From contig CAZVZW010000003.1 in the NCBI GenBank assembly GCA_964631365.1, forward strand, positions 1 to 41,002: a stretch of DNA of 41,002 nucleotides. The letters are read 5' to 3'. Numbering within the stretch: position 1 is the first letter of the stretch; the number at the start of each line of letters is the position of its first letter. This DNA comes from an uncultured Chloroflexota bacterium. GTDB taxonomy: Bacteria > Chloroflexota > UBA11872 > VXNJ01. Position numbers and translations under genes: made by a program. Under the pieces are notes generated by a model. That model saw nothing but the letters and a program-made list of their open reading frames with translations. It was not told where the DNA came from and ran no database searches. Positions 24,241 through 32,447 of the stretch are shown here, piece by piece.

Positions 24241-25011
24241 TTGAATAATCGCCTTGAACTGACCATTACCGAACTCGACGGCGGTTCGGCACCGGTATCG
24301 GTTGACGTTGGGGCGGTGCGCGGGGCGGGGCTCTGCGTGCGCGATCGCGCGGCGGCGGGGCGGGAGCAGGAACGGCGGCGCGCGGCCGGCGAGCCGTGGC
24401 ATTCGAGCGATCTCTTCACCTACCGGATCGGCCGCCACTTGGCGACGACCGACGCCAGCATCGAGGTGCAGGGGCCGCTGACCGGCGGCGAGGCGGAAGT
24501 GGTGGTGATCTTCGTCGGGGAAGAGGTTCTGATCGGAGTCGGCAGCGACCAGTGCGACCGGGAACTGGACGCGCTGTTCCTGGAGAAACCGAAGCAGCTC
24601 TGCCCGCACCCGCTGGGCCGCCGGGTCTGGCGCTATGCGGATGTGGAGGATCATTGGGATGAGCTGCGGGTTGAGGCCGAGGTTGAGATAGATGGGAAGG
24701 CCGTGGCGATCCAAAGCTTCGCGCTGGCGGAACTGGTGACCTTCGACACGCTGCTGGCGACTGACGCGCTGCGGGAGCGCCCGGACGGGACGGTGTTCTA
24801 TTGCGGGACCGGCGGGGCGCCGCCGGGGGCGGTGGCGGAGATCGCGCGGCTGGGGCTGCCGCCGGAGACGATTTCCGGGGTAGGCGAGGTGTTCCGGATG
24901 CGCCTGTACGACCCGGTGCGGGATCGCGAGTTGCGGCACGAGTACCGGGTAGAGGTGCTGGGGGATCACCTGGCGGATCGCCGCCTGGATGACGGGGAAG
25001 ACGCGCGATGA
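24241..25011 (+). CDS. DUF2848-like protein of unknown function
   Basis: 3' part of ORF 24133..25011. TTG 24241 is the only in-frame start after the upstream stop, and there is no clear SD. GSDQCDRELD...KPKQLCPHP and the overall layout match my recollection of DUF2848 (GSDHTDRE...SKQ.C.KP). Confidence 0.55.
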   Translation: MNNRLELTITELDGGSAPVSVDVGAVRGAGLCVRDRAAAGREQERRRAAGEPWHSSDLFTYRIGRHLATTDASIEVQGPLTGGEAEVVVIFVGEEVLIGVGSDQCDRELDALFLEKPKQLCPHPLGRRVWRYADVEDHWDELRVEAEVEIDGKAVAIQSFALAELVTFDTLLATDALRERPDGTVFYCGTGGAPPGAVAEIARLGLPPETISGVGEVFRMRLYDPVRDRELRHEYRVEVLGDHLADRRLDDGEDAR

Positions 25012-26162
25012 AGATCACCGACGTGAAGCACTTCGCGGTGAAGGTCGGGTTTCGCTGCCGCTTCGTGGTGAAGGTGGAGACCGACGCCGGGATCCACGGG
25101 CTGGGAGAAGCCGGCACGGCCGGGCGGGAACGGGCGCTGGCGGGAGCGATCGACCACTTTCGTGAGTTCCTGATCGGGCAGGACCCGCGGCGGATCGAGG
25201 ACATCAACCAGGTGCTGTACCGGTCGCAATACTTCGAGGGCGGGACGATCATCACGGCGGCGGCGTCAGCGATTGATATCGCGCTGTGGGACATCCTGGG
25301 CAAGCACCTCGGAACGCCGGTGTGGCAGTTGCTGGGCGGGGCGACGCGGCAGGAAGTGACCTGTTTCGCGGACCTGATCTCCGGCGAGGGCGAGACCTGG
25401 GCGGAGCGCGGGGCGGACCTTGTGGAAAAGGGCTGGGGGACGATCCGCTGCGCGCCGGGGATGCCCGATGACTTCGAACGGCTCGCGGACACGATCTATG
25501 AGCCGTGGGAGTCGATGCAATGGACGGCGGAGCGGCTGCGGGAGTTGCGCGCGGCGGTGGGGCCGGGAATACGGCTGGCGGTGGACTTCCACCACCGGCT
25601 GAGTGTGGCCGAGGCGGCGGAGTTCTGCCGGATGATCGACGACGTGGGACTGATGTTCTTGGAGGAGCCGATCCGATCGGAGAGCCCGGATGCCTACGCG
25701 GCATTGCGGGCGATGACCGCGATGCCGTTCGCGATCGGCGAGGAGTTCTCGGGGATCTACGTGTTTGCGCCGTTCATCGAGCGCGGGCTGTGCAACTACG
25801 CGCGGCTGGATGTCTGCAACGTGGGCGGGTTCACCGCATCGCGCAAAGTGGCGGCGATGGCCGAGGCGCACTACATCGACGTGATGCCGCACAACCCGCT
25901 GGGGCCGGTGTCGACGGCGGCGGCGGTGCATTTCGCGATCGCGACGCCGAACTTCGCGCTGCTGGAATACAACTGGGACGTGCGCCATCAACCCGAAGAT
26001 CTGTTCCCGCGGGTGATGCACATCGAAGGTGACCGGTTCCCGATCCCGACCGAGCCGGGGCTGGGGGTGGATTTTGACGAGGCGGCGGCGGCGGACTACC
26101 CGTTCGAGTACTGGGAGCCGCCCCACTGGCGCCGGCGCGACGGCTCGTACACAAACTGGTAG
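25008..26162 (+). CDS. Enolase-superfamily dehydratase, copy 3 (mannonate-dehydratase-subgroup-like)
   Basis: ORF 25008..26162 with ATGA overlap. N-terminus MKITDVK. Motifs VDFHHR ... LEEP ... IGEE ... ARLDVCNVGG ... PHNP. Confidence 0.85.
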   Translation: MKITDVKHFAVKVGFRCRFVVKVETDAGIHGLGEAGTAGRERALAGAIDHFREFLIGQDPRRIEDINQVLYRSQYFEGGTIITAAASAIDIALWDILGKHLGTPVWQLLGGATRQEVTCFADLISGEGETWAERGADLVEKGWGTIRCAPGMPDDFERLADTIYEPWESMQWTAERLRELRAAVGPGIRLAVDFHHRLSVAEAAEFCRMIDDVGLMFLEEPIRSESPDAYAALRAMTAMPFAIGEEFSGIYVFAPFIERGLCNYARLDVCNVGGFTASRKVAAMAEAHYIDVMPHNPLGPVSTAAAVHFAIATPNFALLEYNWDVRHQPEDLFPRVMHIEGDRFPIPTEPGLGVDFDEAAAADYPFEYWEPPHWRRRDGSYTNW

Positions 26163-26169
26163 GCGCGAC

Positions 26170-27192
26170 ATGATCCTGGATAGCCGTGAATGGGACGCCC
26201 GCTACGGCCCGGACGTGCTGGCGGAGCACGCCGCGGAACTGGACGACTGCATCGCGATCACCTCGCCGAGTGCGTGGGCGGTGGTGGAGCCGAGGCTGGT
26301 CCACTCGCCGCGCCATCGCGAATTCCACGGCGGCATGGGCGAGGCCTACCTGGACGATCTGCTCGGGCGGCTGCCGGGGGCGGGGCGGGTGGTGGCGATC
26401 GGTGGGGGCAACGCGCTGGACGTGGGCAAGTACGTGGCGTGGCAAAAGGCCCTGCCGCTGGTGATGATCCCGACGATCGTCTCGACCGGAGCGGTATTCC
26501 AGTCGCCGGTGGCGGTGCGGCGGGCGGATCGGTGGGAGTTCTGCTGGGAGACGGTGGCGCCCGAGTACTTGTTGTTTGATTACGGCGTGATCCGGTCGGC
26601 GCCGGCGCACCTGAACCGGGCGGGGATGGGGGAGTGCGTGTGCCAGCTGGGCGGGAACGGGGCGTGGCGCTGGTGGGGCCGGCATGGTTTCGGCGGCCTG
26701 CCGTTCGACCCGGAACTGGCGGCGGGGACGGCGGCGTGGGTGCGGGAGCGCTGCGCGGAGTTCAGCGGAGACCTGGACGCGGACGGGCAGCCGGGCGAAA
26801 TCGGTATCCGCATCGCGGCGGAGATCAACCGCGAGCGCTACGATCTGCCGACGTGGGATATCGAGCGGCGCGGCGTGGATCACGCCTTCGTGATCGCGTT
26901 TGAGTGGGTAAACCGCCGGGAGTTGATCCATGCGGAGGGGGTGTCGCTGGGATCGCTGATCGGCGCGTATCTGTACGAGGCGGATTTCGCGGAGACGAAG
27001 CGGCTGCTGGACGGTTGTGGGGTGCGGTACCAGCCGGCCGAGATCGGCTGCACCCACGCTGAGGTGCGGGAGACGCTGGCGCGGATCAACGAGCCGGTGG
27101 GACCGAGTGGGCCGGAGAACTGGTTTCATCGAAAGACGCTGGACGATGCGACGTTCGACGTAATGATGACGGCGATTGAGTCAGGAGAATAG
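26170..27192 (+). CDS. Iron-containing alcohol dehydrogenase superfamily protein (glycerol-1-phosphate dehydrogenase/AraM-like)
   Basis: ATG 26170 inside ORF 26029..27192. Motifs GGGNALDVGKYVA, IPTIVSTGA, and later DHAF / IHAEGVSLG histidines. Confidence 0.65.
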   Translation: MILDSREWDARYGPDVLAEHAAELDDCIAITSPSAWAVVEPRLVHSPRHREFHGGMGEAYLDDLLGRLPGAGRVVAIGGGNALDVGKYVAWQKALPLVMIPTIVSTGAVFQSPVAVRRADRWEFCWETVAPEYLLFDYGVIRSAPAHLNRAGMGECVCQLGGNGAWRWWGRHGFGGLPFDPELAAGTAAWVRERCAEFSGDLDADGQPGEIGIRIAAEINRERYDLPTWDIERRGVDHAFVIAFEWVNRRELIHAEGVSLGSLIGAYLYEADFAETKRLLDGCGVRYQPAEIGCTHAEVRETLARINEPVGPSGPENWFHRKTLDDATFDVMMTAIESGE

Positions 27193-27200
27193 GGATAGAT

Positions 27201-28250
27201 ATGAGTGTGAAGGCAGACGCGGGCGGCGGGGTACTGCGGGTGGGGCTGGTCGGGGCCGGTGGGTTCGGGATCGAGATCGCGAAGATGATCGCGCGACTGC
27301 CGGAACTGGACCTGGCCGGGGTGGCGGATGTGGACATCGCGGCGGCCCGGGCGTTGGGGGAGGAGTACGGCGCACCGTCCTGGGGCGATCACGCGGCGCT
27401 GCTGGCGGAGTGTAAGTGTGCGGCGGTGGCGGTGTCGACGCCGCACAACACCCACCGCGAGATCGTGGTGGCGGCGGCGGTGGCCGGGCGGCACATCTTT
27501 TGCGAGAAGGCGATGGCGATCAACGTGGCGGAGTGTCACGAGATGATCCGCGCCGCCGAGGAGAACGATGTGAAGCTGATGGTGGCGCACAAGCGACGGC
27601 TGCGCCCGACGTATGCGGAGATCAAGCGTCTGCTCGACGGCGGTGAATTCGGCCGGCCGATGGCGATTAACGTGGCCGGTTACTTCGGGCGCACGCTGAC
27701 CGGTTGGTGGAACAGCCGGGAGGCCTGCGGCGGGCTGATCTACTGGGCCGGGGTGCACGATATCGACACGATGCGCCACCTGATGGGCGAGGTTTCGCGG
27801 GTGCACGCGGTGACCGGGCCGAAGCTGTATCCGGACATCACCGACTACGAGGACTCGATCGCGATCACGCTGGAATTCGCCAGCGGGGCGGCGGGGTCGG
27901 TGCAGGTGTCGACGTTCTACCCGATGGCGACGTACCGGACGTCATTCGACTACGAGATCGTGTGCGAGAACGGCGGTATCGCCTACGACTCGCGGCAGGT
28001 GGCGATCCACTCGCAACTAAAGGACCGGCCGCTGGCGACGACGTTCTTCGAGGGCTACGGGCATGACGTGGCGTACGACGAAGAGTGGTCGAGCTTTGCC
28101 GGCTGGGTGCTGCGCGGCGAGGCCCCGGTGCTGACCGGGGAGGACGGTCTGCGCTGCGTGGAGATAATGCAGGCGGCCTACATTTCGGTGGCCAACGGCG
28201 CGCCGGTGGACCTGCCGCTGGCGACCGACGACCGGCGACCCTGGGGGTAG
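27201..28250 (+). CDS. Gfo/Idh/MocA family oxidoreductase, copy 2
   Basis: ORF 27201..28250. Rossmann segment VGLVGAGGFG and an EK(P)-type motif HIFCEKAM. Last gene of the + strand block. Confidence 0.85.
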   Translation: MSVKADAGGGVLRVGLVGAGGFGIEIAKMIARLPELDLAGVADVDIAAARALGEEYGAPSWGDHAALLAECKCAAVAVSTPHNTHREIVVAAAVAGRHIFCEKAMAINVAECHEMIRAAEENDVKLMVAHKRRLRPTYAEIKRLLDGGEFGRPMAINVAGYFGRTLTGWWNSREACGGLIYWAGVHDIDTMRHLMGEVSRVHAVTGPKLYPDITDYEDSIAITLEFASGAAGSVQVSTFYPMATYRTSFDYEIVCENGGIAYDSRQVAIHSQLKDRPLATTFFEGYGHDVAYDEEWSSFAGWVLRGEAPVLTGEDGLRCVEIMQAAYISVANGAPVDLPLATDDRRPWG

Positions 28251-28253
28251 CGG

Positions 28254-28994
28254 CTACGGGTAGCTGAGGGTATCGCCGGGCTTCATCTCCAGCACTTCGG
28301 TGCGCGGGGTGAGGTCGTCGATGCGGCGGCGCAATTCGCCGATGTCGGCGGCCTGGTTGGGGAAGGTGTCGTAGTGGCAGGGGATGACGGCGCGGGGGCG
28401 GATGAGGGAGGCGGCGACGGCGGCCTCTTTGACCCCCATCGTGTACTTGCCGCCGACGGGCATGATGGCCAGATCGGGGGCGTACATCTGGCTGATCAGT
28501 GCCATGTCGCCGAAGACGCCGGTGTCGGTGGTGTTGTAAATGATTGGGCCGTCGTCGAAATCCAGGACGTAGCCGCAGACGCTGCCGTCGGGCTCGGCGT
28601 AGGCGGAGCCGTCGCGGTAGGCGATGCCGTGCATTCCGGTGGAGTGGTGGGCCTGCACCATGGTGTAGCGGACTGAGCCCAACCTGGCTGAGCCGCCGAT
28701 GTTGAGCGGGCAGGAATCGGTCTCGAAGCCGATGCCGTGGGTGGTGGCATAGCCGGCGACCTCGGGGCTGCCGATGAGGGTGGCGCCGGTCTGCTTCACG
28801 ATCTCAATCGCCTCGCCGAGGTGGTCGACGTGGCCGTGGCTGACGCAAACGATGTCGGCGGCGGTGATGTCCTCCAGAGTCGTCGTGCAGACAGGGTTGT
28901 CGGTGATCCAGGGATCGAAATAGATGACCTCGCCGCCCGGGGCGGTGAACTTGAAGGACGCGTGCCCCAGGAACTCGATCTGTACTGACTTCAT
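28254..28994 (-). CDS. Metallo-beta-lactamase-fold metal-dependent hydrolase (UPF0173-like)
   Basis: ORF 28254..28994 with SD GAGGAG. Motif SHGHVDH. Its stop lies only 3 nt from the convergent stop at 28250. Confidence 0.8.
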   Translation of the reverse strand: MKSVQIEFLGHASFKFTAPGGEVIYFDPWITDNPVCTTTLEDITAADIVCVSHGHVDHLGEAIEIVKQTGATLIGSPEVAGYATTHGIGFETDSCPLNIGGSARLGSVRYTMVQAHHSTGMHGIAYRDGSAYAEPDGSVCGYVLDFDDGPIIYNTTDTGVFGDMALISQMYAPDLAIMPVGGKYTMGVKEAAVAASLIRPRAVIPCHYDTFPNQAADIGELRRRIDDLTPRTEVLEMKPGDTLSYP

Positions 28995-29043
28995 CGCGCG
29001 ACTCCTCGCTGGCTGCCGGCGGACCGGGAATGATCCGCGCTGG

Positions 29044-29481
29044 TTACGTGCCGGGCGCCCCGGCGTCTCCGTTCTCCAACAGTTCCTTCAGGGTGGTGGC
29101 GTCGGCCAGCATCTGGCGCTTGTACATGCCGAAGATGCCGAACATGCCGCTGGCGAGTTCCATTTCGTAGCCGAATTTCGTCCCGCCCTCCTCCTCCGCG
29201 AAACTCCAGCGCACTCTGAAGGGAACCAGCCCCGACGTGCTCCTGATGGCGAAGGCCCGCTCCGGGTCGAACTCGGTGACTTCGATGTCGACTTCGAAGC
29301 GCCAGCCCAGGTGCGAAACCTTCAACCGCCCGGCGGTGCCCAATCCCGGCGCGCCCTCGCTGGTCTGCTCGGCTTCCACCACCGCCCCGACCCAGCGGAG
29401 GTTGTTCTCGATCCGGGTGACGAATTCTGACACTTCCGCGATCGGCCGGCCAATCGAAACGTCTATCTCGTTCGTAGGCAT
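29044..29481 (-). CDS. SRPBCC (START/polyketide-cyclase-like) family protein
   Basis: ORF 29044..29481 with SD GAGGA. About 145 aa with a beta-rich pattern typical of the family. Confidence 0.6.
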   Translation of the reverse strand: MPTNEIDVSIGRPIAEVSEFVTRIENNLRWVGAVVEAEQTSEGAPGLGTAGRLKVSHLGWRFEVDIEVTEFDPERAFAIRSTSGLVPFRVRWSFAEEEGGTKFGYEMELASGMFGIFGMYKRQMLADATTLKELLENGDAGAPGT

Positions 29482-29552
29482 GTCGAATCCTCGATTTCAA
29501 CCGCCGCGACCGGGGATGGTGTGGCCTATCGCCGACAATTCAATCCAGTGGC

Positions 29553-31097
29553 TCAAAGCTGCCCGAGGTCTTTGATGACGGCCATCGCGGCGTTGTGGCC
29601 GGGCTCGCCGGTGATACCGCCGCCCGGATGACAGCCGGAACCACAGAGGTAGAGATCGCCGATCGGGGTGCGGTAGTCGGACCAGCCCGGGACCGCCCGC
29701 CGGTCGAGCATCTGGTCGATGTTCATGTCGGTGTGATGCATGTGGCCGTGGGTCAGGCCGTAGCGTTCGGCGATGGATTCGGGGGTGACCAGGTACCAGT
29801 CGTCGACGAGGTCGGGGAAGTTGGGGGCGTGCTCGGCGACCTGGTCGATCATGTTCTGTGCGGCGACGGCGGCCATGTCGTCCCAGGAGCCTTCGGCCAG
29901 ACGCATGGGGGCGAACTCGCCCCAGATGCTGATGCAGAATTTGCCCGGCGGGGCGGTGGTCGGGTCGTGGACGGTGGTGGAGATCATCGCCAGCGAGAAG
30001 CGGCGCGGGATGCGGCCGTGGCGGGCTTCGATCCAGGCTTCGTCGTAGATATCGAGCGAGTTGCAGATGTGGGTCTGGGCGTAGTGGATTGGCAGCGGCC
30101 CGGCGCCGGGCGATGCGGTCCACTCGGGGAGGCCGCTGCAGGCGCAGTGGAGCTTGAAGTAGCCGGCGACGCCGCGGACGCGGTCGAGGCGCTCGGCGAA
30201 ATCGGGGTCCAACTCGTCGCGCCCGACCAGGCCCAGCAGGGTGCGCTGGGGGTCGACGTTGGAGATGACGACGCGGGCGGAAATCTCGGTGCCGTCGCTC
30301 AGGCGCACACCGACGGAGCGCCCGTCGCGCACGATGACGCTTTCGACGCCGGCGTTGGTCTTGATCTCGACGCCGGCCTCTTCGGTAGCCTCGCCGATGA
30401 CCTTCGCCACCGCGCCCATGCCGCCGCGCGGGTAGCCGCTGAGGCCGCGGGCGCCGAGGCCGGCGCTGGTGGCGGTGTGGAAGGCCCAGTAGAGCAGCGC
30501 CCCAGGAGCGTCGGTGGTGCCGGAGTCGAAGGTGGCGATCACGGAGGCCTTCAACTCTTCGGACTCGAAGAAATCGTCGACAAAGCCGCGGACGCTGCCG
30601 GTCAGCAGGCGGTAGAAAATCTCTTCATCCTCGGTGCCCTCGAACTTCCGCGCCAGTTCACCGAGGCTGGGTGGCTCGGTGAGCAGGTAGGGCTCGAACA
30701 TAGCGCCCATGCGGGCGTTGGTGGCCAGCCAATCGGGCCAGGCCTCGGCGTCGCGGGGGGAGATGGCGGCGATGGAATCGAGGGTTTTTTCGAAGTCGCC
30801 CCAGAGCGTCAATTCTTTCCCGGAGGGGAACGGGTGGAAGTAGCCCGGGTCCTTGACGTCCATGTGCAGGCCGCGTTCCAGCAACCGCATGTCGTCCATG
30901 ATCTTCGTGTGGAACATCGTGAAGCTGTGGCCGTAGGTGGTGAATTGGTAACCCGGAATCAACTCGTCGGTGGATGCCATGCCGCCGACCTTGTCGTTAC
31001 GCTCCAGGGCCAGGACTTTGAGCCCGGCGTCGGCGAGGTAGTAGGCGGCGACCATGCCGTTGTGCCCACAGCCGATGACGATGGCGTCGTAGTCCAT
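29553..31097 (-). CDS. FAD-dependent oxidoreductase, phytoene-desaturase (CrtI)-like family
   Basis: Start trimmed to ATG 31097 inside ORF 29553..31256, with SD AGGAG. N-terminal dinucleotide fold DAIVIGCGHNGMVAAYYLADAGLKVLALERNDKVGG. Confidence 0.8.
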   Translation of the reverse strand: MDYDAIVIGCGHNGMVAAYYLADAGLKVLALERNDKVGGMASTDELIPGYQFTTYGHSFTMFHTKIMDDMRLLERGLHMDVKDPGYFHPFPSGKELTLWGDFEKTLDSIAAISPRDAEAWPDWLATNARMGAMFEPYLLTEPPSLGELARKFEGTEDEEIFYRLLTGSVRGFVDDFFESEELKASVIATFDSGTTDAPGALLYWAFHTATSAGLGARGLSGYPRGGMGAVAKVIGEATEEAGVEIKTNAGVESVIVRDGRSVGVRLSDGTEISARVVISNVDPQRTLLGLVGRDELDPDFAERLDRVRGVAGYFKLHCACSGLPEWTASPGAGPLPIHYAQTHICNSLDIYDEAWIEARHGRIPRRFSLAMISTTVHDPTTAPPGKFCISIWGEFAPMRLAEGSWDDMAAVAAQNMIDQVAEHAPNFPDLVDDWYLVTPESIAERYGLTHGHMHHTDMNIDQMLDRRAVPGWSDYRTPIGDLYLCGSGCHPGGGITGEPGHNAAMAVIKDLGQL

Positions 31098-31150
31098 TGC
31101 GGTATCTCCTCGAAGGGGGGAATCGCGTCGGCGAATCCCGGCGAGTGGCC

Positions 31151-31486
31151 CTACGACTTGTGATAGGAGAGGGCCTGCTGGCGGATCAGGTTGTCGTGGA
31201 TGTGGAAGACATCGACGCCGTGGGCCTGGTTGCCTTCGGCGTCGCGGCCGCTCCATTCGAAGAGGACGGTTGGCCCATCGACGGTGACCGATTCCTGGGT
31301 GAGCGCGAATCCGGCGAGGTCTTCGCCGAGGTCGTCGAAGGTTTCGAGGATCGCGGTGTGGCCGCGGGCGACCTTGCCGGGTTGGACGAAGGCGGCGTCG
31401 TCGGCGTAGTCGGCGATCACCCGGTCCATGTTACCGGCTTGAATCGAGTCCCAGTGGTCGTCGTAGACCTGGCGTGGGCTCCGCAT
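31151..31486 (-). CDS. SnoaL-like / NTF2-fold protein
   Basis: Start trimmed to ATG 31486 inside ORF 31151..31543, with SD GAGGAGG. About 111 aa with the pattern VYDDHW..I..G..D.V...Y..DA.F. Confidence 0.6.
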   Translation of the reverse strand: MRSPRQVYDDHWDSIQAGNMDRVIADYADDAAFVQPGKVARGHTAILETFDDLGEDLAGFALTQESVTVDGPTVLFEWSGRDAEGNQAHGVDVFHIHDNLIRQQALSYHKS

Positions 31487-31543
31487 TGACGTCCTCCTCA
31501 ACCTGCTTCCAGTTCGCGCCGCGGATCGGCGTGGGCCAATCAT

Positions 31544-31555
31544 GAACTAAAGTTC
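31544..31555. promoter_or_regulatory. Palindrome GAACT-AA-AGTTC within ATCATGAACTAAAGTTCCA, in the divergent intergenic region
   Basis: Read directly. Shares the core A.TCATGAA.T with the operator-like cluster at 5508-5521. Confidence 0.3.
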
Positions 31556-31661
31556 CACGATGGCGCAAATCGGCCGCCCGGCGAGGGTATCGCGGCGGGT
31601 TTACCGGAGAAACCGCAAGACGTAACGCCATTTCAGGAGCGCTGCAAAAGAACCCTGAATA

Positions 31662-31670
31662 TGTTGTAAT
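31662..31670 (+). promoter_or_regulatory. Extended -10-like element TGtTGTAAT, candidate promoter of the RraA/Hyu operon
   Basis: TG at 31662-31663 and TGTAAT at 31665-31670. The -35 is weak (CTGCAA). It lies about 70 nt upstream of ATG 31743. Confidence 0.3.
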
Positions 31671-31742
31671 CAGCACCCGCGGAAACGGGATTTCACGCGG
31701 TGGCCCAAAGCGGCGCGCGGCGGCCTCACGACGGAGGAAGCA

Positions 31743-32408
31743 ATGCCCAACGACCAACTCCCCGAAGACTTCCGGCAGCGGTTCATGGCGCTGCATACGG
31801 CGCTGTTTTGCGACAGCATGGATCGCATGGGCCTGGATCCGCAGGTGATGGATCACCGGATCCGCCCGATGTACCCCGGGGCGGTGATCGTGGGGCGGGC
31901 GCTGCCGGTCCTGTGGGCGCCAGTGTACCGGTCGCCGGAGCATCCCTACGAGCATCTTTTTGAGGCCTATCGGGCGCTGGAGGAGGATGATGTCTTCGTG
32001 ATGACGACCAGCGGGTTCGCCACCGCCGGAGTGTGGGGCGGGCTGCTGGCCACGGCGGCCCGGGCGCAGGGGGCCGTCGGCACGATTATCGACGGGCTGA
32101 CCCGGGACGTGGATGAGATCGAGGAGATCGAGTTCCCGGTGTTCGCGCTGGGGCGGTCGGCGAAGGACTCGGAGGGCCGCGCGGAGGCGATTGAGTTCGG
32201 CACGCCGATCGAGTGTGGCGGAGCGCTGGTGAATCGCGGCGACATCGTGTTTGCCGACGACATGGGCGGGATCGTGATCCCGGCGGCGGCGGCGGCGGAG
32301 GTGCTGGAGCGGGCCGAGGAGAAGAACCGCGGGGAATCAGACGTCCGCAAGATCCTGGCGGCCGGTCGGGACGTCGGCGAGGTGTTTCGCGAGTACGGGA
32401 TTCTGTAG
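31743..32408 (+). CDS. RraA family protein (4-hydroxy-4-methyl-2-oxoglutarate aldolase / oxaloacetate decarboxylase-like)
   Basis: ORF 31743..32408 with SD GGAGGA. Motifs FCDSMDRMG, VWGGLLATAARAQGAVGTIIDGLTRDVDEI, VFADDMGGIVIP. Confidence 0.8.
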   Translation: MPNDQLPEDFRQRFMALHTALFCDSMDRMGLDPQVMDHRIRPMYPGAVIVGRALPVLWAPVYRSPEHPYEHLFEAYRALEEDDVFVMTTSGFATAGVWGGLLATAARAQGAVGTIIDGLTRDVDEIEEIEFPVFALGRSAKDSEGRAEAIEFGTPIECGGALVNRGDIVFADDMGGIVIPAAAAAEVLERAEEKNRGESDVRKILAAGRDVGEVFREYGIL

Positions 32409-32447
32409 GTCAGCGGCGCGGCCGGACCGGCCGGAAGGGGGCGGGCA

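Noticed and set aside
26170-27192. Possible loss of the metal-binding Asp (IPTIVSTGA instead of the ...S(T/H)D... motif) in the G1PDH/AraM-like dehydrogenase.
   Set aside because: The alignment around this loop is ambiguous by eye (a one-residue length difference), so I cannot support a claim of an inactive or metal-free enzyme.
28248-28256. Search for intrinsic terminators at operon ends (after 1344, 3129, 28250/28254, 36458, 38072, 40359).
   Set aside because: Only 4-6-bp stems without T-runs were found, for example GCCGG-CAA-CCGGC at about 40364-40376. The convergent stops at 28250 and 28254 are 3 nt apart. No terminator is called with any confidence.
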